A stretch of 63,193 nucleotides of DNA, the filler included, from Octopus bimaculoides (taxonomy: Eukaryota): NCBI RefSeq assembly GCF_001194135.2. It is 6 parts of 6 records of this genome, joined end to end, with 100 filler letters (N's around TTAATTAATTAA, not from the genome) between each part and the next. Parts side by side here need not be neighbours in the genome. Positions count along the whole stretch, not along the records: positions 38,104 to 56,431 come from NC_068988.1; positions 56,532 to 58,665 come from NC_068997.1; positions 58,766 to 63,193 come from NW_026435174.1; 3 more parts are not named here. One strand, 5' to 3'. A model generated the notes under the pieces. It made no database searches, was not told where the DNA came from, and saw only the letters and a list, made by a program, of their open reading frames with translations. Both the position numbers and the translations under genes were made by a program. The number at the start of each line of letters is the position of its first letter. Position 1 is the stretch's first letter. Positions 54,360-63,193 of this stretch are shown one piece after another.

Positions 54360-54390
<31 letters not shown>

Positions 54391-55082
54391 GGGCTTCCAC
54401 AGTTTCTGCCTCCTAAATTCACTAAGCAGCCATTGGACAGTCTGGGGCAATAGTAGAAAACATTTAACCATAGAGCCACACAGCAGGACTGAACCTGAAG
54501 CCACAAGCTTTGTATGATCAATTCATACTCGTTGCAAAGAATTTGGTCTCAGCCCTTTATATTTGCAAAGCTTCTTTTTCTTTTCTTTACATGTGTATAC
54601 TTTAAAGTTGTTGGCATTAGAAAGGGTCTTCCAGCCATAGAAGCCATGCCAAAACACACAACTCAGAACATAAAGAACTACAAGAAATATGACTAAACAA
54701 TTTATTCAACATGCTAACGAGTCTGCCAGCTCATCACCTTCTCTGATAAATATAGACACTGATAGATAGTGGTTTCAAATTTTGGCACAAGGCCAGCAAT
54801 TTAAAGGGAGAACATAAGTTGATTACATCAACCCCAGTTCATGACTGGTACTTGTTTTATCAACCCCGAACAGATAAAAGGCAAAGTCAACCTTGACAGA
54901 ATTTGAACTCCTGATGGATCTCAAAAATGGTCTTATAATTTTTCTTATAGATATTGATGAATGTCTTGAGAAGCCTGGCACCTGCAGTCAGGTGTGTCAC
55001 AACACAGTGGGAAATTATTCCTGCAAATGTAATGAAGGTTACATGAGAGGACTTGACACTCACAGCTGCAAGAAGAAAGATG
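39224..55082 (+). CDS. LRP2: LRP2/megalin orthologue, internal fragment (14 exons, ~675 aa; 5' and 3' parts lie outside this scaffold)
   Basis: Manually spliced AG/GT exons keep phase throughout. Domain order is YWTD blades, EGF, 10 LDLa repeats, then 2 cbEGF, as in megalin cluster III. Diagnostic motifs include [17 protein letters not shown], an insertion in LDLa7, [16 protein letters not shown] and [18 protein letters not shown]. Confidence 0.9.
40102..40223 (+). CDS. LRP2: LRP2 exon b (YWTD blade)
   Basis: ctttag|AAATCAG...AGGT|gtatgt; [40 protein letters not shown]. The donor was chosen to keep phase with the next exon. Confidence 0.85.
41848..41958 (+). CDS. LRP2: LRP2 exon c (end of propeller)
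   Basis: cataaag|GG...AACT|gtgagt; [36 protein letters not shown] (the RAEKHTG motif is typical of LRP propeller ends). Confidence 0.88.
42476..42730 (+). CDS. LRP2: LRP2 exon d (EGF + LDLa1)
   Basis: cccag|GT...TGTG|gtcagt; [26 protein letters not shown]...[37 protein letters not shown]. Confidence 0.93.
43930..44105 (+). CDS. LRP2: LRP2 exon e (LDLa2); contains an assembly duplication plus a 10-N gap
   Basis: caccag|CG...TGTG|gtaagt; [38 protein letters not shown] after removing a ~49-bp duplicate and the 10 N (117 nt net). Confidence 0.9.
44790..46000. mobile_element. Highly degenerate LINE ORF2 fragments (CR1/jockey-like)
   Basis: Broken motifs FNL.SAG..P, PSNY..I..L and PS.G...WIS across several frames and both strands; a similar relic lies at ~46970-47140. 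Confidence 0.35.
46218..46340 (+). CDS. LRP2: LRP2 exon f (LDLa3)
   Basis: ttccag|AT...TGCC|gtaagt; [40 protein letters not shown]. Confidence 0.92.
47798..47951 (+). CDS. LRP2: LRP2 exon g (LDLa4), with a 10-N gap inside
   Basis: tcgcag|CC...ACAG|gttagt; [32 protein letters not shown][gap][14 protein letters not shown]. Confidence 0.9.
48424..48522 (+). CDS. LRP2: LRP2 exon h (LDLa5)
   Basis: tttcag|GC...AACT|gtaagt; [32 protein letters not shown]. Confidence 0.9.
49340..49465 (+). CDS. LRP2: LRP2 exon i (LDLa6)
   Basis: tttcag|GT...TGTC|gtaagt; [41 protein letters not shown]. Confidence 0.92.
49915..50295 (-). mobile_element. RTE-clade LINE reverse transcriptase fragment in an LRP2 intron
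   Basis: [13 protein letters not shown]...[16 protein letters not shown]...VRAIQAM*RDAV...[27 protein letters not shown], with stops. Confidence 0.85.
50630..50900 (-). repeat. (GAT)n-tailed retroposon family E (RTE 3'-end-like; representative copy)
   Basis: CATCATC..TTTCCATGCT...TGGATGCCCTTCCTGTCA..CAACC. Copies at ~39500-39730, 42110-42245(+), 44230-44480 and 44640-44780, all inside LRP2 introns. Confidence 0.6.
51212..51469 (+). CDS. LRP2: LRP2 exon j (LDLa7 + LDLa8)
   Basis: tttcag|GA...TGTG|gtaagt; [82 protein letters not shown]. Confidence 0.93.
51607..51729 (+). CDS. LRP2: LRP2 exon k (LDLa9)
   Basis: tttcag|AA...TGCT|gtgagt; [40 protein letters not shown]. Confidence 0.92.
52262..52500 (-). 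mobile_element. Mariner 3' end relic
   Basis: TA-GGAGGTCTGATGTAAAAGTATC TIR-like end; minus strand reads [17 protein letters not shown] (mariner C-terminal GDYFEGD, triplicated). Confidence 0.6.
52862..52984 (+). CDS. LRP2: LRP2 exon l (LDLa10)
   Basis: ttccag|TA...TGCT|gtaagt; [40 protein letters not shown]. Confidence 0.92.
53167..53292 (+). CDS. LRP2: LRP2 exon m (Ca-binding EGF)
   Basis: caacag|AC...CGTG|gtcagt; [41 protein letters not shown]. Confidence 0.92.
53815..54031 (-). mobile_element. Mariner-derived MITE inserted in a SINE
   Basis: ~27-bp imperfect TIRs (TGAGGAGATGCCGAAAAGTTTCTGGCT / AGCCAGGAAATTTTCAGTACCCCGTCA), TA/TG target, internal relic of the transposase C-terminus. Confidence 0.8.
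54951..55082 (+). CDS. LRP2: LRP2 exon n (Ca-binding EGF)
   Basis: ttatag|AT...GATG|gtaaga; [43 protein letters not shown]. Confidence 0.92.
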
Positions 55083-56299
55083 GTAAGAATTGCTCGAGTT
55101 ATTTTCATGAAATTCTGGATGATTTGTTCTCTCTTTCTCCCTCTCTTTCCTTCCATCGTTTCTCCTTCACATCCCTCTTTCTTTCGATTCCTCTGTGTGT
55201 GTGTGTGTGTNNNNNNNNNNNNNNNNNNNNNNNNNNNNNNNNNNNNNNNNNNNNNNNNNNNNNNNNNNNNNNNNNNNNNNNNNNNNNNNNNNNNNNNNNN
55301 NNNNNNNNNNNNNNNNNNNNNNNNNNNNNNNNNNNNNNNNNNNNNNNNNNNNNNNNNNNNNNNNNNNNNNNNNNNNNNNNNNNNNNNNNNNNNNNNNNNN
55401 NNNNNNNNNNNNNNNNNNNNNNNNNNNNNNNNNNNNNNNNNNNNNNNNNNNNNNNNNNNNNNNNNNNNNNNNNNNNNNNNNNNNNNNNNNNNNNNNNNNN
55501 NNNNNNNNNNNNNNNNNNNNNNNNNNNNNNNNNNNNNNNNNNNNNNNNNNNNNNNNNNNNNNNNNNNNNNNNNNNNNNNNNNNNNNNNNNNNNNNNNNNN
55601 NNNNNNNNNNNNNNNNNNNNNNNNNNNNNNNNNNNNNNNNNNNNNNNNNNNNNNNNNNNNNNNNNNNNNNNNNNNNNNNNNNNNNNNNNNNNNNNNNNNN
55701 NNNNNNNNNNNNNNNNNNNNNNNNNNNNNNNNNNNNNNNNNNNNNNNNNNNNNNNNNNNNNNNNNNNNNNNNNNNNNNNNNNNNNNNNNNNNNNNNNNNN
55801 NNNNNNNNNNNNNNNNNNNNNNNNNNNNNNNNNNNNNNNNNNNNNNNNNNNNNNNNNNNNNNNNNNNNNNNNNNNNNNNNNNNNNNNNNNNNNNNNNNNN
55901 NNNNNNNNNNNNNNNNNNNNNNNNNNNNNNNNNNNNNNNNNNNNNNNNNNNNNNNNNNNNNNNNNNNNNNNNNNNNNNNNNNNNNNNNNNNNNNNNNNNN
56001 NNNNNNNNNNNNNNNNNNNNNNNNNNNNNNNNNNNNNNNNNNNNNNNNNNNNNNNNNNNNNNNNNNNNNNNNNNNNNNNNNNNNNNNNNNNNNNNNNNNN
56101 NNNNNNNNNNNNNNNNNNNNNNNNNNNNNNNNNNNNNNNNNNNNNNNNNNNNNNNNNNNNNNNNNNNTATATTGTATGTATATATACACAAGGTGTTTGG
56201 GATAAATTTGACAGTTTGCACAAAAACAAAAGTAAACAATATCCCATTCACAAATAAAAGCATCAACTAGATTAAGGTTGGGAGATAACTTTACTCAAA

Positions 56300-56431
56300 G
56301 TAGCCCCACCTCTCCCCCAGCTTCCACCACAGCCTCAGAATCACTCCAAAACTTGGCCCATGCATTCTCTGGGAAGGTTTTGAACACCTCCTTGACCTTG
56401 GCCAGCAGCTCAGCCTTGGTTTTGCAGGCAG
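56300..56431 (-). mobile_element. Tc1/mariner (maT-like) transposase C-terminal relic
   Basis: CKTKAELLAKVKEVF...KF.SDSEAVVEAGG; cut by the scaffold end. Confidence 0.55.
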
Positions 56432-56531
56432 NNNNNNNNNNNNNNNNNNNNNNNNNNNNNNNNNNNNNNNNNNNNTTAATTAATTAANNNNNNNNNNNNN
56501 NNNNNNNNNNNNNNNNNNNNNNNNNNNNNNN
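56432..56531. other. Artificial scaffold spacer
   Basis: Same 100-bp structure, linker at 56476-56487. Confidence 0.95.
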
Positions 56532-56564
<33 letters not shown>

Positions 56565-57299
56565 ATTTATTTAGAGGATATGTTAACCTCATAAAGGGAT
56601 GGTTGCATCCAAGGAAATACTGGTTCAATATTTAGTATTATTGGGGAATTAAATTCCTTTAAAACAATTGGTATATATTAAGCATATAGTTCATACCCAG
56701 TCAAATGAAAATGTAAATGCGTATATATATGTGAGCTAACGGTTCTGTCAGACTGGCCGCCTTAACTTATTCGGCTACAAAAACTCTATTACATTTATGG
56801 CGCATGCGCAGAAATTTTGAGGGGGAGGGAAAGGTAATACTAAAGTGGAAACCATTGACACCCCAGTGCTCAGCTGGTATTCATTTTAACGACTCCGAAG
56901 GGATAAATTGGAAAAATGTTAACCTCGGCGAGATTTGAACTCAGAACTTATTAAGAACCGAAGAAAATCTTGCGAAGCATTTTGTCCGACGCACTAACGA
57001 TTCTCCTAGCTCGCTGCCGTAATTTATTCGAATATAATGCTGATAAGTCAAATAAATGACAATAACAAAGAGAAGATGGAAATTGTGAGTATGTTTCCAG
57101 ACAATAGAGAACTGCGCCCAGCTGGAGCGATGTTGTTGAGAACTGAAGAATTGGCTATAAAAACGTTATTAGGAAACGGTCTGTCAAAACAGAACAAATC
57201 TTCGCCGCCATGTAAAGAGATTTATGGTTTATTGACTTTGGTGGGTTTAATTTCTAATCAATGGGAATCAGCAGAACACACGGATACGGCCATGGACAG

Positions 57300-57444
57300 G
57301 ACGTACATACATACACACACATACACACACGCACACACATATACACACGCGTGCGCACACATACACACACATATTAACGCACGCACGAACGCACACAAGG
57401 ACTCACACACATGGATACACATTCAGCTGCCAACACTCTGCCTT

Positions 57445-57481
<37 letters not shown>

Positions 57482-57537
57482 TTCCCACCCTCACTCTCTT
57501 TGTTTCTCACCCTTTCTTTGTCTCTCACTTCTCACCT

Positions 57538-57584
<47 letters not shown>

Positions 57585-57846
57585 CTTTCCCCTCTCACTC
57601 TCTATCTCTGTCTCTAGCTCTCTCTCTATCTCACTGTCTTTCCCTCATTCTCTCCTTTTCTATCTCTTTCTTCCTCTCCATCACTTTCATTCTCACCTTT
57701 GTTTCTCTCCCTTTCTTTGTCTCTCACCTCTCACCTCCTCTTTCTTTTTTCCCTTTCTCTCTCTCTCTCTCTCTCTCTCATTCTCTCCACCTCCTCTCAC
57801 TATATATACATGTCTGTCTTCCTCTTTCACTCGTTAACCCCCTTCT

Positions 57847-57879
<33 letters not shown>

Positions 57880-58665
57880 ACACACACACACAAACACATA
57901 CATACATAAACACACACACACACTCACACACAAACACATACATACATCCATTCAAACACGAGGACACTCTGCTCTCTCTCTCTCTCTCTCTTTCTCTCAC
58001 ACTCATACGAATCCGTACTCCATGTATATAACTGTATATATAAATATGCGTATATGTGTATGTGTATGTGTGTGTGTGTGTATAAGTATACATGTGTGAA
58101 TTTACATACGCACACATATAATATATATACATAAATATACATATAATGCATACACACATACACACATATATATATACACACACATACGCACACATATGGA
58201 TGTATAATTTTTATTGACACTACCCTCTCTCACGCACATGCATATCTAGGTAATATTAACAAAATTAAATGTATATAAGTACACACATGCATAATATATA
58301 AGTGTATACACACACAAACACACACACACACACACACATATATACAGTCAAATGTAAAGATGGAGACATAAATGTGTGTGAACAGAACACATGGAGCGAC
58401 TATAAGTTATGTGTGTATGTCTGTCTGTATGTCTGTCTGTGTGTATGCATGTATGTATGTATGTATGTATGTATGCATGCATGTATGTATGTATGTATGT
58501 ATGCATGTATGTGTATGTATGTGTGGGCGCATGTGTTCGTATGCGTTCTAGATAGATATGATTACGTAAAGATTTAAGCATACACATATTCATAAATACA
58601 TATATACAGGTATATATATATATATGTATATATATATAGATATCTGTGTGTAAATAAATATATAT
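57300..58665. repeat. Compound (CA)n/(CT)n/(TA)n/(TATG)n microsatellite block
   Basis: Direct reading; similar compound blocks occur throughout the window. Confidence 0.95.
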
Positions 58666-58765
58666 NNNNNNNNNNNNNNNNNNNNNNNNNNNNNNNNNNN
58701 NNNNNNNNNTTAATTAATTAANNNNNNNNNNNNNNNNNNNNNNNNNNNNNNNNNNNNNNNNNNNN
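58666..58765. other. Artificial scaffold spacer
   Basis: Same 100-bp structure, linker at 58710-58721. Confidence 0.95.
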
Positions 58766-59756
58766 TACAAACTCTCTTATACACAAGCACGAGCAACTTC
58801 ATTTTTGGGATCACCGCTACTTTATTATCTCCCCTTCTTCCTAGCTCTCTTGTGTGAACCTTCTGTCCGGCATTCGCCATGATTGATCGCTAGCCACTAC
58901 ACATTCTTCATTTTCTCTCCTTGTTTCTTTCTGTGTTCCTTTCCGTGGAAGAGCGTAGGCTCAAAATATTAAAGACATTTTCAATTCCCGAGCGTTATAC
59001 TAATACATTTGTTTGTTGTCTACATCCCCTGACTTCGTCTTTTGTTTNNNNNNNNNNNNNNNNNNNNNNNNNNNNNNNNNNNNNNNNNNNNNNNNNNNNN
59101 NNNNNNNNNNNNNNNNNNNNNNNNNNNNNNNNNNNNNNNNNNNNNNNNNNNNNNNNNNNNNNNNNNNNNNNNNNNNNNNNNNNNNNNNNNNNNNNNNNNN
59201 NNNNNNNNNNNNNNNNNNNNNNNNNNNNNNNNNNNNNNNNNNNNNNNNNNNNNNNNNNNNNNNNNNNNNNNNNNNNNNNNNNNNNNNNNNNNNNNNNNNN
59301 NNNNNNNNNNNNNNNNNNNNNNNNNNNNNNNNNNNNNNNNNNNNNNNNNNNNNNNNNNNNNNNNNNNNNNNNNNNNNNNNNNNNNNNNNNNNNNNNNNNN
59401 NNNNNNNNNNNNNNNNNNNNNNNNNNNNNNNNNNNNNNNNNNNNNNNNNNNNNNNNNNNNNNNNNNNNNNNNNNNNNNNNNNNNNNNNNNNNNNNNNNNN
59501 NNNNNNNNNNNNNNNNNNNNNNNNNNNNNNNNNNNNNNNNNNNNNNNNNNNNNNNNNNNNNNNNNNNNNNNNNNNNNNNNNNNNNNNNNNNNNNNNNNNN
59601 NNNNNNNNNNNNNNNNNNNNNNNNNNNNNNNNNCAAATGGCTTCTACTACAGACTCTGTGCTGACCAATGGCTTGTGGGTGAATTTGGTCGGGGGCGAAA
59701 CTGTGTCGAAGCCTGTCGTGTACAAATGTGTGTGCGTGTGTGTGAGTGTGACACAG

Positions 59757-59902
59757 AAATTTTATCGGTAAAATATTTATCTGGGAACGAATTATGATTT
59801 ATAACATTGCTACTATAGGAAATAATTGTTCCGTTTTACGAGTTTTCGCTTTACGAGCGGTCTCCGGGAACAAATTAATTCATTTATCGTGCCATTACTG
59901 TA
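59757..59902 (-). mobile_element. Tigger/pogo-like MITE end; a second copy lies at 60329-60475
   Basis: Minus strand reads TACAGTAATGGCACGATAAATGAATTAATTTGTTCC; there is a ~150-bp direct repeat of it. Confidence 0.55.
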
Positions 59903-59914
59903 TTAATCTTTTAT

Positions 59915-60132
59915 TCTTTTACTTGTTTCAGTCATTTGACTGCGGCCATGCTGGAGCACCGTCATTTGTCGAGCAAATCGACCCCAGAGATTATTCTTTG
60001 TAAGCCTTGTATTTATTTTATCGGGTTCTTTTGCTGAACTGCTAAGGTACGGGGACGTAAACACACCAGCATCGGTTGTCAAGCGAGGTTGGGGGGGGGG
60101 ACAAATAGACACACAAACATATACAGACATAC

Positions 60133-60167
<35 letters not shown>

Positions 60168-60325
60168 CGACAGGCTTCTTCCAGTCTCCGTCTACCAAAT
60201 CCATTCACAAAGCTTTGGTCGGCCCAAGGCTAGAGTAGAAGACACTTGGCCAAGATGCCACGCAGTAGGACTGAACTCGGAACCATGTGGTTCGTAAGCA
60301 ACCTTCTTTACCACACAGCCACTCC
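59915..60325 (+). repeat. Abundant interspersed repeat family C with an internal (CA/TA)n (representative copy)
   Basis: GACTGCGGCCATGCTGGAGCACC...TCGACCCCAG...GTAAACACACC...GGAACCATGTGGTT. Related pieces at ~1150-1660(-), 4243-4320(-), 14630-14830(-), 17795-18150, 25215-25420(-), 27400-27540(-), 29055-29190, 32660-32860(-) and 54105-54505. Confidence 0.8.
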
Positions 60326-61698
60326 TGTAAATTTTATCGGTAAAATATTTTTCTGAGAACGAATTACGATTTATAACTTTGCTACAAACGGAAATAATTG
60401 CTCTGTTTTACGAGTTTTCGCTTTACGAGCGCTCCCCAGGAACAAATTTAATTTGTATATCGAGCCATTACCGTATCTTTGGCGATGCATCTATTCAGCA
60501 GCGGACACATTTATGTGTGTGTAAGATTGCATAACTTTCCTTTATTTGATTTTTAATATATTTACTTACCCAACGTCGTAACAGGAAAATCTCCTGTAAA
60601 ATGTGAATTATCCACGTGACATTATTATTGTATTATTGTTCCAGAACTATCCAGGGAAATATCCTTCCACCAGAATATAAATTCACATCCCCTCAAGTTG
60701 TTACAAGTTTGATAAGTGCCAACGCACGAACCTCTCGGCCCTTGAGTCACGCTGTTGCTCCTGCTAAATATTAATAAAAAATATATGAATTTGTAATTAT
60801 TAATTTAATTTTCAAAATAAAATTGAAATAATTTTTTGCTATTTTATCAAATTAAGTTTGTAACTTAATAATAACGAATGATGGAAACATTTAAATTAAA
60901 AATTTTAATTTCCAATACATTTGGAGCGTCAGCCTGCGCATTAATATTAATGAGGCNNNNNNNNNNNNNNNNNNNNNNNNNNNNNNNNNNNNNNNNNNNN
61001 NNNNNNNNNNNNNNNNNNNNNNNNNNNNNNNNNNNNNNNNNNNNNNNNNNNNNNNNNNNNNNNNNNNNNNNNNNNNNNNNNNNNNNNNNNNNNNNNNNNN
61101 NNNNNNNNNNNNNNNNNNNNNNNNNNNNNNNNNNNNNNNNNNNNNNNNNNNNNNNNNNNNNNNNNNNNNNNNNNNNNNNNNNNNNNNNNNNNNNNNNNNN
61201 NNNNNNNNNNNNNNNNNNNNNNNNNNNNNNNNNNNNNNNNNNNNNNNNNNNNNNNNNNNNNNNNNNNNNNNNNNNNNNNNNNNNNNNNNNNNNNNNNNNN
61301 NNNNNNNNNNNNNNNNNNNNNNNNNNNNNNNNNNNNNNNNNNNNNNNNNNNNNNNNNNNNNNNNNNNNNNNNNNNNNNNNNNNNNNNNNNNNNNNNNNNN
61401 NNNNNNNNNNNNNNNNNNNNNNNNNNNNNNNNNNNNNNNNNNNNNNNNNNNNNNNNNNNNNNNNNNNNNNNAAAAAAAAAAAAAAAAGCGGAGAAGTAAT
61501 CCAGAATCCTTGTCCGGTACCAGATTAATCCCAAAATCTAATCAGTTCATGCCAGTCACGAGGCCAAACATTCCTGAAGATTTCATTCGTATTCATCCAA
61601 TGATACTTGAGATATTTTGTCCATGGACAAACAAACAAACAAACAAACACGACTGAAAACAACACCTCCGTCTTCGCTAAGGCTAAGATAATAATAAT

Positions 61699-61911
61699 CT
61701 GGAAATTGAAATGCAAAAGATGAGGCATCTTAAAGCGAGAACGGTTCCTGTTATTGTGGGTGCCCCTCGTATGATAAGAAAGGGATGTCGGAAACATCTA
61801 GATAATATCCCAGGAGAACCATGTCTCAGAGAAATTCAAGAGATCGTGCTGACAAGTACTCCCCACATCCTTAGAAAATCTATCAATTTAAATGTGTGTT
61901 GTATTAAATGA
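61699..61911 (+). mobile_element. R4/Dong-type (RLE) non-LTR retrotransposon 3' end
   Basis: LEIEMQKMRHLKARTVPVIVGA...HLDNIPGEPCLREIQEIVLTSTPHILRK. Confidence 0.8.
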
Positions 61912-62039
61912 ATATATTTCGCTACTGCCCCTGCAACTTCCTCTCCCCAAGCTTTCAGTCAAACTGTAACATCTCTTATCCTTCACTCTCCTTAGGACGT
62001 TGCTACAGTACACAATATGGTGAGGTTGTTAATTGAAGA

Positions 62040-62500
62040 TATTGTGTCTACCGGCGGTTTGTATTGTTTGTCAAGTCCCAACAAGGACCTCAAACAGACA
62101 GTACTTTACGCAATATGCATGCAGTTCCAAGGAACGCCGACATTTGCAATACATCTAGATTGTAGGGTATTTCTAAAGTTTTCAGATTGGGTGGTATTGA
62201 AGCCAATGCTCCGATGACAATAGGGATAACCATTAAGTTTGACTCTCGTAGCTGCCACATCTTAGAGATTTTAATTCTCAGGTCTCCATATTTATCAATC
62301 TTTTTCTTTCATTATATGTTGATCTTCTGGAACTGCCACATCAATTATTAGGCACTCTTGTTTGTCCCTCCTAAAGCTTACTATATGCATCCTTCGGTAC
62401 TTTAATATCTTGTCTGTCTGGAAGTCAAAGTCCCAGAGGATTTTCCCCTTACCCTTTTCATCCATTACCTTTTCCGGTATATGTTGGCACTAAGCACCCG
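62040..62500 (-). mobile_element. R4/Dong-type RLE domain relic
   Basis: HIPEKVMDEKGKGKILWDFDFQTDK...LIIDVAVPEDQHI...KYGDL...MW...IPIVIGAL...LGTACILRKVLSV*, with frameshifts. Confidence 0.85.
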
Positions 62501-62569
62501 TAAGCTTATATTCACGCTTACCGCAAAGTATTTCTATTATAACCTTCGCTAAGGCGAAGGTTATAATTT

Positions 62570-63160
62570 CTTTGTGTAGAGTTGTGATGCCGAAGAACTC
62601 ATTACGCATAGCCATTTGCATGTGTCCCAACGGAATTGTGAAAACATTCCTGTACTGCTCATTCAGTATTTCACTTATCCTCCAGGGGTCAGCAGTAGGT
62701 GAGGCATGTTTCTCGAGCAGTGGCCGTATCTTACACGGTCCTAAAGCAGACTCTTTTGCAAATCTATAAAAGACTTTGGGGTTTGTCTTTATACTTCCTA
62801 CAGACCTGGCTACTTGCTCTCCCCTCTCCTTTTCGTGTGTTTGAGTTCCTTTTCGATCCCGAGCAATGTTTGTTTTTGAGATAGAATCCTTTGCTATCCC
62901 TTAGTAGACCATTTAGAAGTTTTGGGGCTTCTGCTCGTCGTCTCATATAATTCTCCTATCACTGAGCATTACGTTTTTGCAGTTGGTTTGGAAATTCTCC
63001 CTGGAGCAAACTTACTGCATATGTCCACGCATGATTGTCACAAACAGTTGTAGCTTCATGTCAATACCGTGCGTAGAGAGACTGGCAGACCGGTTTTGCT
63101 TCATGACCTCTTTCTGAATACCTTTCCAATCAGCTTTATGAAAGTTCAGGCTGGAGAGAA
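62570..63160 (-). mobile_element. CR1-group LINE APE-RT linker relic
   Basis: NFHKADWKGI...IKTNPKVFYRFAK...ISEILNEQYRNVFTIP, with frameshifts. Confidence 0.75.
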
Positions 63161-63193
63161 ATTATAGATAGCCACATACACACACAAGCATAT

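Noticed and set aside
29235-56431. Apparent cluster of GIY-YIG nuclease, APE nuclease, propeller protein and LRP2 as a novel system
   Set aside because: The four lie on four different scaffolds separated by artificial linkers.
57138-57175. CTGAAGA...AAACGTT hammerhead-like string, and ORF 57037-57837
   Set aside because: It has no G in GAAA and no stem I. The ORF has no recognisable motif and is mostly microsatellite.
743-58593. Numerous [16 protein letters not shown] ORFs
   Set aside because: They are translations of dinucleotide microsatellites.
1-63193. CRISPR arrays, rRNA, bona fide tRNA genes, prokaryotic operons
   Set aside because: No repeat-spacer arrays or rRNA were seen. The tRNA-like A/B boxes belong to SINE heads that lack a full cloverleaf.

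Overview
This is AT-rich, microsatellite-dense, gapped eukaryotic draft DNA. The repeat families look cephalopod/octopus-like (inference, not database-checked). The window is not one locus. Five identical 100-bp spacers (N44-TTAATTAATTAA-N44, a six-frame-stop linker) join six separate scaffolds: 1-31498, 31599-36012, 36113-38003, 38104-56431, 56532-58665 and 58766-63193. One host gene is recognisable: 14 in-phase exons (~675 aa, + strand, 39224-55082) of an LRP2/megalin orthologue, covering the end of a YWTD propeller, an EGF module, the complete 10-repeat LDLa cluster III and two Ca-binding EGF modules. Scaffold 3 (1.9 kb) is almost entirely an intronless minus-strand reading frame of unknown identity with NHL/beta-propeller-like repeats and one frameshift. 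Scaffold 1 carries an intact Penelope-like GIY-YIG endonuclease ORF with no adjacent reverse transcriptase. The rest is SINEs, MITEs, LINE and Tc1/mariner relics, palindromic elements, several hammerhead-ribozyme-like relics and simple repeats. I see no convincing multi-gene novel system. The best leads are the unknown propeller ORF, the RT-less GIY-YIG element, the hammerhead-like motifs and the foldback palindromes. Repeat boundaries are approximate.
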